A model generated the notes under the pieces. The model worked only from the letters and a program-made list of their open reading frames with translations, searched no databases and had not been told where the DNA came from. A stretch of DNA of 64,000 nt from Carcharhinus longimanus (taxonomy: Eukaryota): the NCBI GenBank assembly GCA_030264375.1, contig JASCQW010000099.1, positions 36,167,739-36,231,738 on the forward strand, written 5' to 3'. Shown here one piece after another: positions 10,900 to 22,884 of the stretch (the first letter of the stretch is position 1; every line of letters begins with the position of its first letter). The position numbers and the translations under genes were made by a program.

Positions 10900-12785
10900 G
10901 TAAAACTGTAATGAAGCAATGGTTGTCTGTAAAGAGAAGAGTTTAGGTCCAGTCAAGGTACATTCTCATGAAGTACAACAAACAAATCCAGACCTCTGTG
11001 GACAATAAAAGAGAGAAGGAGATTAAGCTGAAGCAGGAAAAGGTTACATATGACAGATGTCAGGCAGATAATACAATTGAGATTTAATCTCAATACAGAA
11101 GGTTCAGAGAAAAATGGAAAGGCAAGTAAGACCAGCAAAAAGAATGTAAGAAGAAACTGGCAGCTTAAGTATATAAATAGTAAAAGGGTAGTTAAAGGAG
11201 AAGTCAATTCAGGACCTCATTGGGGATTTTCGCATGAAGGCAAGGTGTGGCTGAGGTTCTACATTAGTACTGTGCATTTATCTTTACCAAGGAAGAGGAT
11301 ACTGCCAAGTCATGGTGGAAAAGGAGATTGTTGAGACTTTTGATGGGTTAAATATTGATAAGTCAGTGGGGAAGGCGGACATTAGGCTATCTTTACTTTG
11401 TAGTAACTTTCGTTGATAAATTACCGAGAGATACTGAGAGGAAATAGACGTGGGAGGTGTGGAGACACCAGCCATTATTTTGTATTCCAGTCTTTTATTT
11501 TCAATACAGGGATGGTGTCAGGGGACCGGCGCTTTGCAGATGTTCCATGTATGCTCAAAAGGTGGAGGATTAAGCCCAGCAAGCACATTACTTCAGTCAT
11601 TGGGAAACATTTAGAAAAGATAATGTGGGACAAAATTGATAATCACTTGGGCAAATGCAGGTCAATTAAGGAAAGCCAGCACAGATTTGATGGAGAAATA
11701 TTGTATTTAACTAACTTGCTTGAGTATTTTGATGAGGTAACATAGGGGGTTGATGAGGGTAATGTTCTTGTTGTGTACATGGACATCCAAAAGGTGTGTG
11801 TGCTTAAACAAGACCTTTGAGCAAAATTTAGAGTTCATGAGTTGAAAGGGATGGTTGCAACATGGATTGGATGAGTGACAGGAGACTTGGGGCGGGGGGC
11901 AAGGACCATTTGTTTTTCAGATCCCTACTCTTCTGGATATGCATTAATGACCTAGACTTTCACTGCCAATGGCATACTTTCAAAGTTTGCCAATGGCGCA
12001 AAACTTGGAAGTATTATGAAGAGAGTAGTGGGCTTTATCAGGATGGTGCAATGGTTGGAGAAGTGGCAGATGAAAGTTAATGCCGAGAAGTGTCAAGTGA
12101 TTCAGTTTAGTAGGAAGAACAGACAATATAAAAGGATACGATTCTAAAGAACAAGAACATAGGAATCTGGGGGTTATGTGGGGCAGGTTAAGAGCATGAT
12201 TAACTAAGCATACATGATCCTGGGGCTTTATCAACAGAAGCACAAAAGCAAGGATGGTTTGATAAACCTGCATAAAACATTTGTTTAGCCTCAACCAGTT
12301 CTGGATGCTACATTTCAGGAAGGATATAAAGTCATGAGAAAGGTCATAGAAAAAAAATCACAAGAATGGCTACAGGAATGAGGAACTTCAATTGCATAGA
12401 TATATTAGAGAGATGGAGAAAAAGAGGTTGAGAGGAGTTTTGATAAAGGTATCCAAATCGTGAAGTGTCCGGACAGAGTAGGTAAGGAAAAGCTATTTTC
12501 ATTGTTGGAAAGATTGACAAGCTGAAGGCACTGGTTTAAAGTGATTGGGAAAAGAAACCAAATATTTTTGCAGTGTGTAGTTAGGACCTGGAGTTCATTG
12601 CCTGGGCGTATGGTGAAGGCAGATTGAATAATGCCTTTCAAAGCATATTTGGATCATTATCCGGAAAGGAAAAATTTGAAGGGTGAAGGGCAAAAGACAA
12701 GGATGTGGGTGAATTGCTGTTCCACAGAGCTGGTTTGATGGACCCAGTGTCCGCCTCCCGTGCTGTAATAATTCTATGATTCCAA
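10900..12785 (+). mobile_element. CR1 LINE ORF2 and 3' UTR, heavily decayed
   Basis: KESQHRF, LTNLLEYFDEVT and INDLD remnants; TTCTATGATTC tail. Confidence 0.85.
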
Positions 12786-13080
12786 CCAGTCAGGTGCAAC
12801 TGCTTCCATTAGCTGACTTAGAGCCATAGGAGCATCTTGTTCCCCATCACAGCTATAAAATGCTGTTGTGCAGTGGAATTTTTGTACGGGGAGAAAAACT
12901 GAGGAAGTTTGAATTCAATTTTTTTCCTTTTTATAATTACTATTTAACCTGGATAAACTTGCTGTGCATCAAAGGACTGGCATCACATTACAAAAGTGTA
13001 ATGAAAAATGATAACTGCAAAAAAACTAGCAATTTTTATTGAAAGTTATTTCAATTTCTTGATCAAATTTTTAATTCAGA

Positions 13081-13317
13081 TTGGGTCACTGTCTGTGTGG
13101 AGTTTGCACATTCTCCCTGTGTCTGTGTGGGTTTCCTGCAGGTGCTCCTGTTTCCTCCCACAGACCAAAGATGTGCGGGTTAGGTGGATTGGCCAAGCTA
13201 AATTGCTACTTAGCGTCCCGGGATGTGTAGGTTACAGGGATTAGTGGCCTGGGTGGGATTGTTGTTGGTGCAGACTTGAAGGGCCGAATGGCCTCTTTCT
13301 GCACTATAGGGTTTCTA
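13081..13317 (+). mobile_element. HE1-type V-SINE, 5'-truncated
   Basis: V-domain GGGTTTCCT..GGTGCTCC..TTTCCTCCCACA..AAAGATGTG plus CR1-derived tail. Confidence 0.88.
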
Positions 13318-13489
13318 CGTCCGCTGTATGTATTGTAAAGTGCTAGGGAGACAGTTATACCATTATCCCTTTAGGGGCAATACAACATAAGGTGAACTTT
13401 GGGAGAAAATTGCTGAAATAAAAAGTAAACTTAATGTAAACTTAATCGTGCAGCATTGCTATTAAAGCCATTGTTCTGTTTTCTTTCAG

Positions 13490-13594
13490 GAGGTAGATTA
13501 TGAAGAGGAACCACTATTACGAGCAGGTTGCAAGGAATATTTCTGGTTACTTTGTAAACTGATTGATAACATTCATGTAAAAGATGCTAGTCAG
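13490..13594 (+). CDS. USP34: USP34 coding exon (EVDYEEEPLLRAGCKEYFWLLCKLIDNIHVKDASQ)
   Basis: tttcag|GAG ... CAG|gtatgc; 105 nt. Confidence 0.95.
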
Positions 13595-14435
13595 GTATGC
13601 AGTTGTGACTCCATTTGTTCCCCAATGTTGAAAAATAATGAGTTAACAGTAGCTTGTTGTTTCAACTAGAGACAGATTCTAGTTTTCATAATCTGATCAT
13701 GAGTTTGTGTATTTCTGTGTTCAGTCTAAGCTGTGTGCTTGTGCATTGCACAACAATCCATCTAGTGCTATGTAAAAACTATTATTGCTACATGTCTAGA
13801 TGGTTAAATGGGGTTCACTGCTGCTCTAGACCACGAGTAAATAACTAGCAGGAAATTAACCAACAAGAGCCAAGCCTGACATGAATGATTGCATGGAATT
13901 AACAGCTGAAATTCACAGCTGAATCGTCAGTTTCTGAAGTTCAAATCTGTCAGTACTTGTTTTTCCTGCAGCCTGTTCCCCGCCCACTCCCCTCATCTGG
14001 CTGGCCTCCAAGCCCATGCTCACACCAAGGCTTCAAGAGAGGCAACAAGGTAAGTTATTAAGATCTATTGTTGACAAGAAGCTGAACTGGACTAGCCATG
14101 TAAACACTGTGGCTACAAGAACAGGTCAGAGGCTGGGAATTCTGCGGCAAGGTACTCATCATCGGTCTCCCCAAAATCTGCCAAGCTTCTATACTGACAA
14201 GACACAAGTCAGGAGTTTGATGGAACACACTCCACTTGCCTGGATAAATTCAGCTCCAACACTACTGAAGAAGCTTAATACCATCCAGGACAGCACTTGA
14301 TTGGTATCCCATCCACAAACGTTCATTCACTCCACCTCAAATATACAGTGGCAGCAGTGTGTATCATCTACAAGATGCACTGCTGGAACTCACCTCAGAC
14401 AGCACCTTCCAAACCCACAACTACCATCTAGAATG

Positions 14436-15135
14436 GTGCCAGGATTCAGATGCTTCAGGAAGGACAGGGAGGGGGGGGCAAAAGAGGTGGCGGAGTGGCA
14501 CTGTTGATCAGGGACAGTGTCATGGCTGCAGAGACGGTGGATGCCATGGAGGGACTGTCTACAGAGTCTCTGTGGGTGGAAGTTAGGAACAGCAAAGGGT
14601 CGATAACTTTGCTGGGTGTTTTCTATAAGCCACCCAATGGTGACAGGGAAGTTGAGGTGCAGATAGGGAAACAGATCCTTGAGAGATGTAGTAATAACAG
14701 AGTTGTCGTGATGGGAGACTTTAATTTCCAAAACATCAACTGGAATATCCCTAGGGTAAGGAGTTTGGATGGGGAGGAGTTTGTTGGGTGTGTTCAGGAG
14801 GGTTTCCTGACACAGCATGTGGATAAGCCTACGAGAGGAGAGGCTGTACTTGACCTGGTGCTAGCTAATGAACCAGGACAGGTGTCGGATCTCTCGGTGG
14901 GAGAGCATCTCGGGGATGGAGATCATAATTCTATCTCCTTCACGATAGCATTGGAAAGAGATNNNNNNNNNNNNNNNNNNNNNNNNNNNNNNNNNNNNNN
15001 NNNNNNNNNNNNNNNNNNNNNNNNNNNNNNNNNNNNNNNNNNNNNNNNNNNNNNNNNNNNNNGGCTTGGTAGGTATAGATGTGATCGGCGCAACTTGTGG
15101 GCTGAAGGGCCTGTTTGTGCTGTAGTGTTCTATGT
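14436..15135 (+). mobile_element. Young CR1/HER1 LINE: intact APE endonuclease frame, assembly gap, 3' tail; 9-bp TSD
   Basis: GGGVALLI, MGDFN, PTRGEAVLDLVL and DHN motifs; TCTAGAATG at 14427-14435 and 15136-15144. Confidence 0.92.
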
Positions 15136-16142
15136 TCTAGAATGACAAGGCAGCATGAGAATATGACCACCTGGAAGTTCCCCTCCAAACCACACACCGT
15201 CTTGACTTGGAAATACATCGCAGTTCCTTGACTGTCACTGGGTCAAAATCCTGGAACTCCTTCCCTAACAGTGACATTGTTGCTCAGACTTTGGGAAGGG
15301 TTAAAGGTTCCTGACCAGTGATTAAACTTGATCCCAATCCAGAGGCACAGAGACCAGAATGGACTTGAGTCCAGTGTATCGCCACCAGGGGTGGTGGTGT
15401 CATGCATGGGGGTGGGGGTTAGACGACAAAGGGAGAAGGACATGGGAATAGGAGGCTGCCATTGGGATTGACTACAGTGTGTTAGGGAGAGGGAATGGGG
15501 TGCAGGGAATGGAGGCTGCCATTAGGATCGGCTACACTGTATTGGGGAGTGGTGCGCACGATGGGAGGGGTTGTGGGGGTGAACAGAAATCGGATCCCTT
15601 CTCATTCTCTGGGATGTTGGAAGGAGTGTGGTGACTCTGCAATGCTGCCCCTTGTTGAGCAGCTGTGATGGTCTTTTGCAGCCAGTTACACCCACCCCTC
15701 CATCCTGGCAACCTAGGCCTACAGAACATTTAAATATCTCTTGGGGGTTAGATTGGTTTGGGGAATCGTTTGGCCGGTACGCTACAGAAGGGTACAAGCA
15801 CGTTCCTGAACGTGCCATGATGTTGTGAGGTGGTGTCAACTGTGTCCGATGGTGCTGTCGGTAATATGTCCTGCCTTGTGCATTCCCTGCCGCTGACCCC
15901 GTGCTCTGACAAGTCATAGTGAACTTTGGAGTGTATTTACAGGGTTTCTGTGACTGCCACTGTGTTTACCTGACACCCCACCCCGTCCCCCCCTTGTCCA
16001 CTGAGTATTGCTGTACCAAAACAGTGACATTTAATTGGATTGTTGTGGGGTTTGCTGTAGGATGTCAGATCATGGGAGGTCCAGAAAAGTTTCTGACCAT
16101 GATGCAGGGAGGAGAAATGAGGGCTTGGTATTTTAAACAGGA

Positions 16143-16492
16143 ATACTAATCCAGAGGCCCAGCCCAATACTCTGGGAGACAACGTGAGTTCAAATACCAC
16201 AATAGCAGCTAGTGGGGAGGATTTAAATTCTCAATGAATCAAATCTGGAATTGATAAACTCATCCCGATGTCCATGACAACTGTCGTCATAATAATCTTG
16301 CTCACTGATGTCCTTCAGGGAAGGAAATCTGCCATCCTTACCTCGTCTGGCCTACAAGTGACTTCAGATCCCAGAGCAATGTGGTTGACTTTCAACTGCC
16401 CCTCTGACAATGTCCCAACAAACCATTCAGTTCACGGGCAGTTAGGGATGGGTAAGGAATGCTCTGCCTTGCCAGCGACATGCAAGAAAGGA
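16143..16492 (+). mobile_element. tRNA-derived SINE with CR1-type tail
   Basis: TAATCCAGAG..GAGTTCAAAT B-box-like head; GGGCAGTTAGGGATGGG tail shared with the LINE end at 17.4 kb. Confidence 0.7.
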
Positions 16493-16576
16493 TAAAGGAA
16501 AGTAGTCTGGGCCCAGGTATTTTTGATTTCTTTTGTCAGTCGTTTTAACAAGTGGCTGCGAACTGGAAACCAAAGT

Positions 16577-16912
16577 CATGGAACCATAGAATCCTGACAG
16601 TACAGAAGGAAACCATTCGGCCTATCGGCTATGTACCAACCACAATCCCACCCAGGCCCTATACCCGTAATCCTGTGCATTTACCCTAGCTAGTCCCCTG
16701 ACACTAAGGGGCAATTTAGCATCGCCAATCAACCTAACCCACACATCTTTGGACTGTGGGAGGAAACCAGAGCACCCGGAGGAAACCCACGCAGACATAG
16801 GGTGAATGTGCAGACTCTGGGCAGACTCTGCATGGACAGTGAACCAAGGCCGGAATTGAACCTGGGACCCTGGTGCTGTTAGGCAGCAATGCTAACCACT
16901 GTAACATGCGCC
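16577..16912 (-). mobile_element. HE1-type V-SINE, near full length
   Basis: Antisense V-domain, tRNA head (GCTAACCACTG) and CATAGAATC tail. Confidence 0.9.
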
Positions 16913-17004
16913 ATCCCAGGTCCCTCCAGCAAGTGTTAAGTTCAGGAATCGTACACAGCAGCTTAGCTGAAAAGACCTGAATTTCGACCTCTCCACTAAA
17001 CTAG

Positions 17005-17310
17005 CCGGGCATGGACAGAGTGGATAATCGGAAGCTTTTTCCCAGGCTGGAGGAGTCAATTACTAGGGGGATTTGGTTTAAGGTGGCAAGGGGCAAGGTT
17101 TAAAGGAGATGTATGAGGCAAGTTTTTTTTATGCAGAGGATGGTAGGTGCCTGGAACTCGCTGCTGGGGGAAGTATTGGAAGCAGGTAAGATAGTGACTT
17201 TTAAGGGGCATCTGGACAAATACATGAATAAGATAGGACTGGAGGGATATGGCCCCTGGAAGGGTGGGAGTTTTAGTTCAATGGGCAGCAGAGTCAGTGC
17301 AGGCTTGAAA
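17005..17310 (+). mobile_element. CR1 LINE 3' end
   Basis: FFMQRMVGAWNSL...FKGHLDKYM. Confidence 0.85.
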
Positions 17311-17936
17311 TTTTCTTTGTTCTTTAGTACTGTGGGTGTACCTGCACCACATGGACTGCAGTGGCTCAACAAGGCAGCTCACCACCAAAATCTGGAGATC
17401 TGGAGGGCAATTAATGATGAAGAATAAATGCTGCTCCATCCAATGATGCCCACATCACATGAATGAATAAAAATAAATGTTATAAAGAGATAGTAAAATG
17501 ATTTTTGGGCCTGTTAATACCACTGATCTAGTCATTCTGCTGCAGCTTATTTCATAGACTTGTTGATAGAAGACTGATCCTAAAGGTATTTAACACATTA
17601 AAAACATAGCACCATTTCTAGTGCGTTTGTGAAACATTTTGGATTCTTAGCCAGATCTCCAGATAACAATGCATGCAAATATTCTTGAGCTTATTTCATG
17701 GGACATTCTGAATTGTGCATACTTGCAAATACCACCTCTCTGCAGTTCATTTTTGTATTGTGAGACACCATCTAATTCAAAATAATGAACAGGTTGATTA
17801 TTTCACAATTCATTGCTTTTTATCCTAAAAGCACTGTAGGATGAAGACATGCCATTACTTCCACAAAAACTACTTCAAACCTTAATAGTCATTCTACCTT
17901 GTGTGTTTCATTCTCTTTCTCATCATGACACACTCT

Positions 17937-18190
17937 TAAGAACATAAGAAATAGGAGCAGGAGTAGGCCATCCAGCCCTTCGAGCCTGCCCTGCCATTCA
18001 ATAAGATCATGGNNNNNNNNNNNNNNNNNNNNNNNNNNNNNNNNNNNNNNNNNNNNNNNNNNNNNNNNNNNNNNNNNNNNNNNNNNNNNNNNNNNNNNNN
18101 NNNNNNNNNNNNAAGTAATAGTCCTTCCTACCATTATTCCTACCAAAGTGGACCACCTCGCACTTGCCAACATTAAATTCCATTTGCCAT
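17937..18190 (-). mobile_element. CR1 LINE 3' portion spanning a gap
   Basis: TAAGAACATAAGAAATAGGAGCAGGAGTAGGCC antisense tail; KCEVVHFGR-like frame after the gap. Confidence 0.85.
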
Positions 18191-20529
18191 TTCCCAGTTC
18201 TTCCCCAGTTCCCAAAGTATCTCCTCCTTCACTGTCCGGTTTACAAGAGCCAACCTCTCTCCAAGTTCACAGAGACACTTATCTCTGCCTGAATGTTGAT
18301 ATGAAGAAATTACTGAGTTATTTTCATCATTACTTGTTGCAGTTTTAAGTGAAGAAAGCACTCAAGCTGAATAAATAAATTTCCTTTTCCACAGTTTGTC
18401 AATTCAAAAGGCAAGCTTCCTTAGCTGTTTCTGTTTTGAGCTTGTCAAATTGGAACAGAAGCTTCTTGTCTTATCTTGAACCATCTCTAGCAATTCAATG
18501 TTTCCTTTATTGCAGTGATTAAAATACAACTACAGTATAAACACTAACAATTGGGCGCCTCATGTATGATCATGTACTGCACTTTTAAACTTTAGAGGTC
18601 ATAAGTTAAAATGCCACTGTGGTAAATATGAGATTGAATTCAGTAAATTTGATAATTTGTGGAATAACGTCATATTATGTCAATAGCTTGGGGTGGTATG
18701 TTTTTCTTCTTTCACACCTATGAATGGGTTTAAAAATATACCTTGTGTCAAGGTTGTTTTATTTCTATCGGTGGTGCAAATCTGCATGTTCCCTTGATAT
18801 TCGTGCTCATAAAAGTAATTCCATGCTGATGGGAAAAAAGGGAAACATTGCTTACAGGTGTAGCATAGATTAAAGCCATTTTTAACAATATATCTTTGAT
18901 ATTTTTCCACTCCATGTTTAAGATATTGAGGATTATAAAGCAACTTTTAGCAACTTGTGCTCAGCCTGAAAAATGCAACATAGAATGTTAAATTTTGTAT
19001 ACAGACTAACAGAGCAATTTATTTGAAAGTAGCATTGAAAATTAGAATATATGAGATATGAGGGTAATTTTGTCTGGATTTTTGAACTTGATTTTAACTT
19101 CTGCTTTACTAGATAAAGTCTTACCTAGTTACAGGCCTGCATATTAATTGGACTTGGCCAAGATTCTCATCCAGCTGACTTTCTCTCTCAGTAGATGATT
19201 TTCAGTAACTTGTTTGAAATTTTTTTTATCAGCTTGATTCATGGTGATTATCGCTGTTTACACATTTAACATTTCCTAATCTTATATAACTATCAAACTT
19301 TGGATTTGTAGAACAAAGTATTGAGTACTGATAAATTCAGTACCAAATTTGTAGATCACATGAAGGTTGAAATAAATTGTAGCTTTATTCCCTTCAGAGT
19401 CTCAAATTTTTAAACTATCGACCAATGTTATGTATACATAAACTACTTCTTGTGTAGCACTTTATTCAATATCCTTTCTGTCACTGTCATATTGCTTTTG
19501 TGTTTTATTAATCTATTGATTTTTATTTGTCATTTACTTTATTGCCATAGCTACCTTAATTACTTGAATTTAATCTCAAGCCTAGTGGACCAGCTTGTGC
19601 CAGTTGGTTAGATTTAATTGAACATTTAAAAATGTTTCAAACTTTTAACACTCAATAGGCTTCTGCATTACCAACCTGGCACACTGTAATACTCCTTACC
19701 CAAGCTGACATGATGGCTGCTGTAAACTAGTCTCTGATGCATTCCTCTTCCACCTGCTCCTTCTTTCTAAGTCAGCAAATAAGATGATAAAGTAAGTGTG
19801 TTTATTACAGGAAATCAAGTTCCCAGTTTAATAGTTGAAAACTCTGGGTGAGGAATGCGAGAGAGAGAATTGTGAAAGGTGGAGGCTAGTGAGCAATGAA
19901 GGAACAAAGGGTGGGGGAAGGTGAAGGAGAAGATCGAGTTCATGCAGCATAAAGGCTGATAATGGAGTCAGTGAAGGTTGTTTTCTGAAATACAAGTCAA
20001 TATCTCTTTAAATGCATGCGTTCACATGTCTTGGCTCATGATGAATTTCAGGATAAATAACTTTGAGATAAATGTTTAGAACAAAACTATTAATTTTTAG
20101 TAGTAAGCATGGCACTAAAAGTGCAACGTTCTTGATATATTATCAGTAAGGATCTTTGAAGTAATTTTTTATTTGATTGAGAGTAGTCTTGCAGTGGTCA
20201 TGAATAGAGGACATGAGAAACTGTAAAAGTTGAGCAAGTTGGTGGGAGTGGGAATTCAATGCAGATGAGGAAGCAGGAAATATCTTTTTTGTCCAACACT
20301 TGTAATAGTTTGTGTAAGCTAGCTTGTAGAAAAAGAGAAATTGATAAATTTTTAAAAAGTAGATAATATAAATAATCTAGGCTCAGTTCTTGCATAGCAG
20401 TTTGTGCGTCTGGACTGTTGTATGTGGGACCTGACAAGAGAATACCCTAGATGAGTATACCCGCAGTCAGTGTGTGCCTTGTCTTGTGTCTCTACTCAAA
20501 AGTTGTTGAGTTGAAGTATGGGAAAGGGA

Positions 20530-21060
20530 GAACTATCTGGACAATTTGCTTCAGACTTTGGTCACACCTTGCAGAGAGGCACAGGTTCGGAATAGGGTTG
20601 GGGTGACTAATAGCATACACAGTTAGTGGAGTTTGGGTGGGATAGAGTACAAGGACCTGCAGAAACCGATTCTGTTCAATGCATGCAATGTACTCGCTAC
20701 CTGTAAGGATAGTGCTAAAGGCCTGAATGTTGATTAAGGCACCTTGGTCAGGTACCTGCTCAAAATGCAATTTAATAATTAGGATGAGAGATAGCATCCT
20801 TCATTAGCATGATTGAGAGTCCCACATGATGCATTGTCTACCTAACGTAAGGGCGAGGAGTATCCCTAGCAGGCTTTTAAAAGTTATTGGTGATAAAGGG
20901 TCTGTGGCGGGGAGATAAGATTAGAAAAACAAGCATGTGCCTGCAGGAATGGTGTGGGAAAGGGGCTTCCTTTTCCTGGCACATATATACAAGTACTGGG
21001 ACAGGAAGGAATTGCACCTTTTGAGTTTGAGATGGGCTCTCCTGGGCTGGGTTGAGATCA
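20530..21060 (+). mobile_element. CR1 ORF1 (SGNH esterase-like) remnant
   Basis: Decayed matches to xCCLPxAR and WCG..GF.F..YW..DGL blocks. Confidence 0.5.
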
Positions 21061-21139
21061 GAGTAAAACGAGAGTAAAACTTTAGAACTGAAGTCCGCAT
21101 TATATGTGGTTCAAGTGTTCAATGCAAACACACTGTGTT

Positions 21140-22320
21140 TAAGGAACTCTGTGACCTACGGCTCGTCTCCTCTCTCTGCGACTATATCCTAGACTTCCTA
21201 ACCCACAGACCGCAATCAGTAAGGATAGGCAACGACAACACCTCCATGATTATCCTCAACATCAGTGCCTCACAAGCTCAGGCCCTCACTATACTCCTTG
21301 TACATCTATGACTGTGGCCAAATTCCCCTACAACTCAATGTTCAAGTTTACTGATGACATTGCCATAATAGGTTGGATTTCAAACAATGTCTCGAGTCTG
21401 GGTGACCTTTTAGTGTGGTTATTCACAGCTGGGAGGGGCTGTCAATTTAAAAGCTTTCCATTGACAAATAAAACAGTATGGGCGTGGCCTGGGAGCCATT
21501 GTAGCTCACTGGGCATAGGGATAATGAGGGACATGCTTTTCAAGTTTATCCTTTTAAAGTATAGAAAGAGATGAAGAATCTGGTGAACTGGTGAAATGGC
21601 AGTAACCTCTCCTTCAATGTCAGTAAAATGAAGGAGATAGTCATTGACTTCAGGAAGTGTAGTGGAGGACATGCCCCTGTCTTATATCAATGGGCGTGAA
21701 GTGGAAAGAGGGGTTCAAGTTTCTAGACCACTAACAACCTGACCTGGTCCCTCCATACCGACACTATGGTTAAGAAAGCCCACCAATGCTTCTACTTTCT
21801 CAGGAGGCTAAGGAAATTTAGTATGTCTGCTATGATTCTCACCAACTTTTACAGATGCACCATAGAAAGCATTCTTGTTGTATCACAGCTTGTTATGACT
21901 CCTGTTCTGCAAGAAACTGCAAAGGTCATGAACAAAGCCCAGTCCATCACGCAAACCAGCTTTCCATGCATTGATTCTGTCTACACTTCCCACTGCCATA
22001 GAAAAGCAGCCGGCATAATCAAGGACCTCATGCACCCCGGACATACTCTCTTCCATTTTCTTCCGTCAGGAAAATGATACAAAAGTCTGAGATCACGTAC
22101 CAACCAACTCAAAAACAGTTTCTTCCCTGCTGCCATCAGACTTTTGAATGGACCTACCTTATATTAAGTTGGTCTTTCTCTACACCCTGTCTATGACTGT
22201 AACATTACATTCTGCACCCTATCTTTTCCTTCCTTATGTATAGTGTGCCTTGTCTGTATAGTATGCAAGAAACAATACTTTTTGCTGATACTAATGATGT
22301 GACAACAAATCAGATTAAAA
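21140..22320 (+). mobile_element. Rex1/Babar-clade LINE, RT and 3' end, decayed
   Basis: ILDFLTHRPQSVRIG, FKFxDD and KKAHQ.xYFLRRLRKF..LTNFYRCTIES motifs. Confidence 0.85.
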
Positions 22321-22497
22321 AACAGAATAAATTGCGGGCACAAATTCAATTTGTAGTTGGGGGTGGAGGATAGTGGTGTGGAAATATGAGGCAATAGTTA
22401 TTATTGAGATGCCTGCAAGATGGTTAGAATGGAAGCTAAATGTACCAGATTGTAAAGTCAATAGGGAAAATAGAGGAGGGAAAGGAATAGCCTTAAT

Positions 22498-22820
22498 CAT
22501 AGAATCATAGATTTCTACAATGCAGGTGAAGTCCATTCGGCCCATTGAGTCTGTACTGACCACAATCCCACAAGACCCTATTCTCATAACCCCATGCATT
22601 TACCCTAGCAAGTCCCCCTGACACTAAGGGGCAATTTAGCATGGCCAATCTACCTAACCCACACATCTTTGGACTGTGGGAGGAAACCGGAACACCTGGA
22701 ATAAACCCACACAGACACGGAGAATGTGCAAACTCCACACAGACAGTGACCCAAGCCAGGAATCGAACCCAAGCCCCTGGTACTGTGAGGCAGCAATGCT
22801 AACTACTGTGCCACCATGCC
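22498..22820 (-). mobile_element. HE1-type V-SINE, full length
   Basis: Antisense GGCATGGTGGCACAGTAGTTAGC head, GGTTCGATTCC B-box, V-domain and tail. Confidence 0.92.
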
Positions 22821-22884
22821 ACCTCATAATAATTAAGAATTAAATCACTTCTTCAATAAGGGGGGATGAACAGAGAAGACGCAG

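Larger units (their letters stand above)
14065..17475 (+). mobile_element. Old CR1-clade LINE 3' portion (pieces 14065-14435, 15145-15270, 17327-17475) split by later insertions
   Basis: DKKLNWTSHVNTVATRTGQRLGILR; the sequence resumes collinearly after each insertion. Confidence 0.75.

Noticed and set aside
17500-17935. Protein-looking minus-strand frame (AQEYLHALLSGDL...)
   Set aside because: About 8 stops in 140 codons, close to random expectation for this AT content; other frames look equally protein-like.
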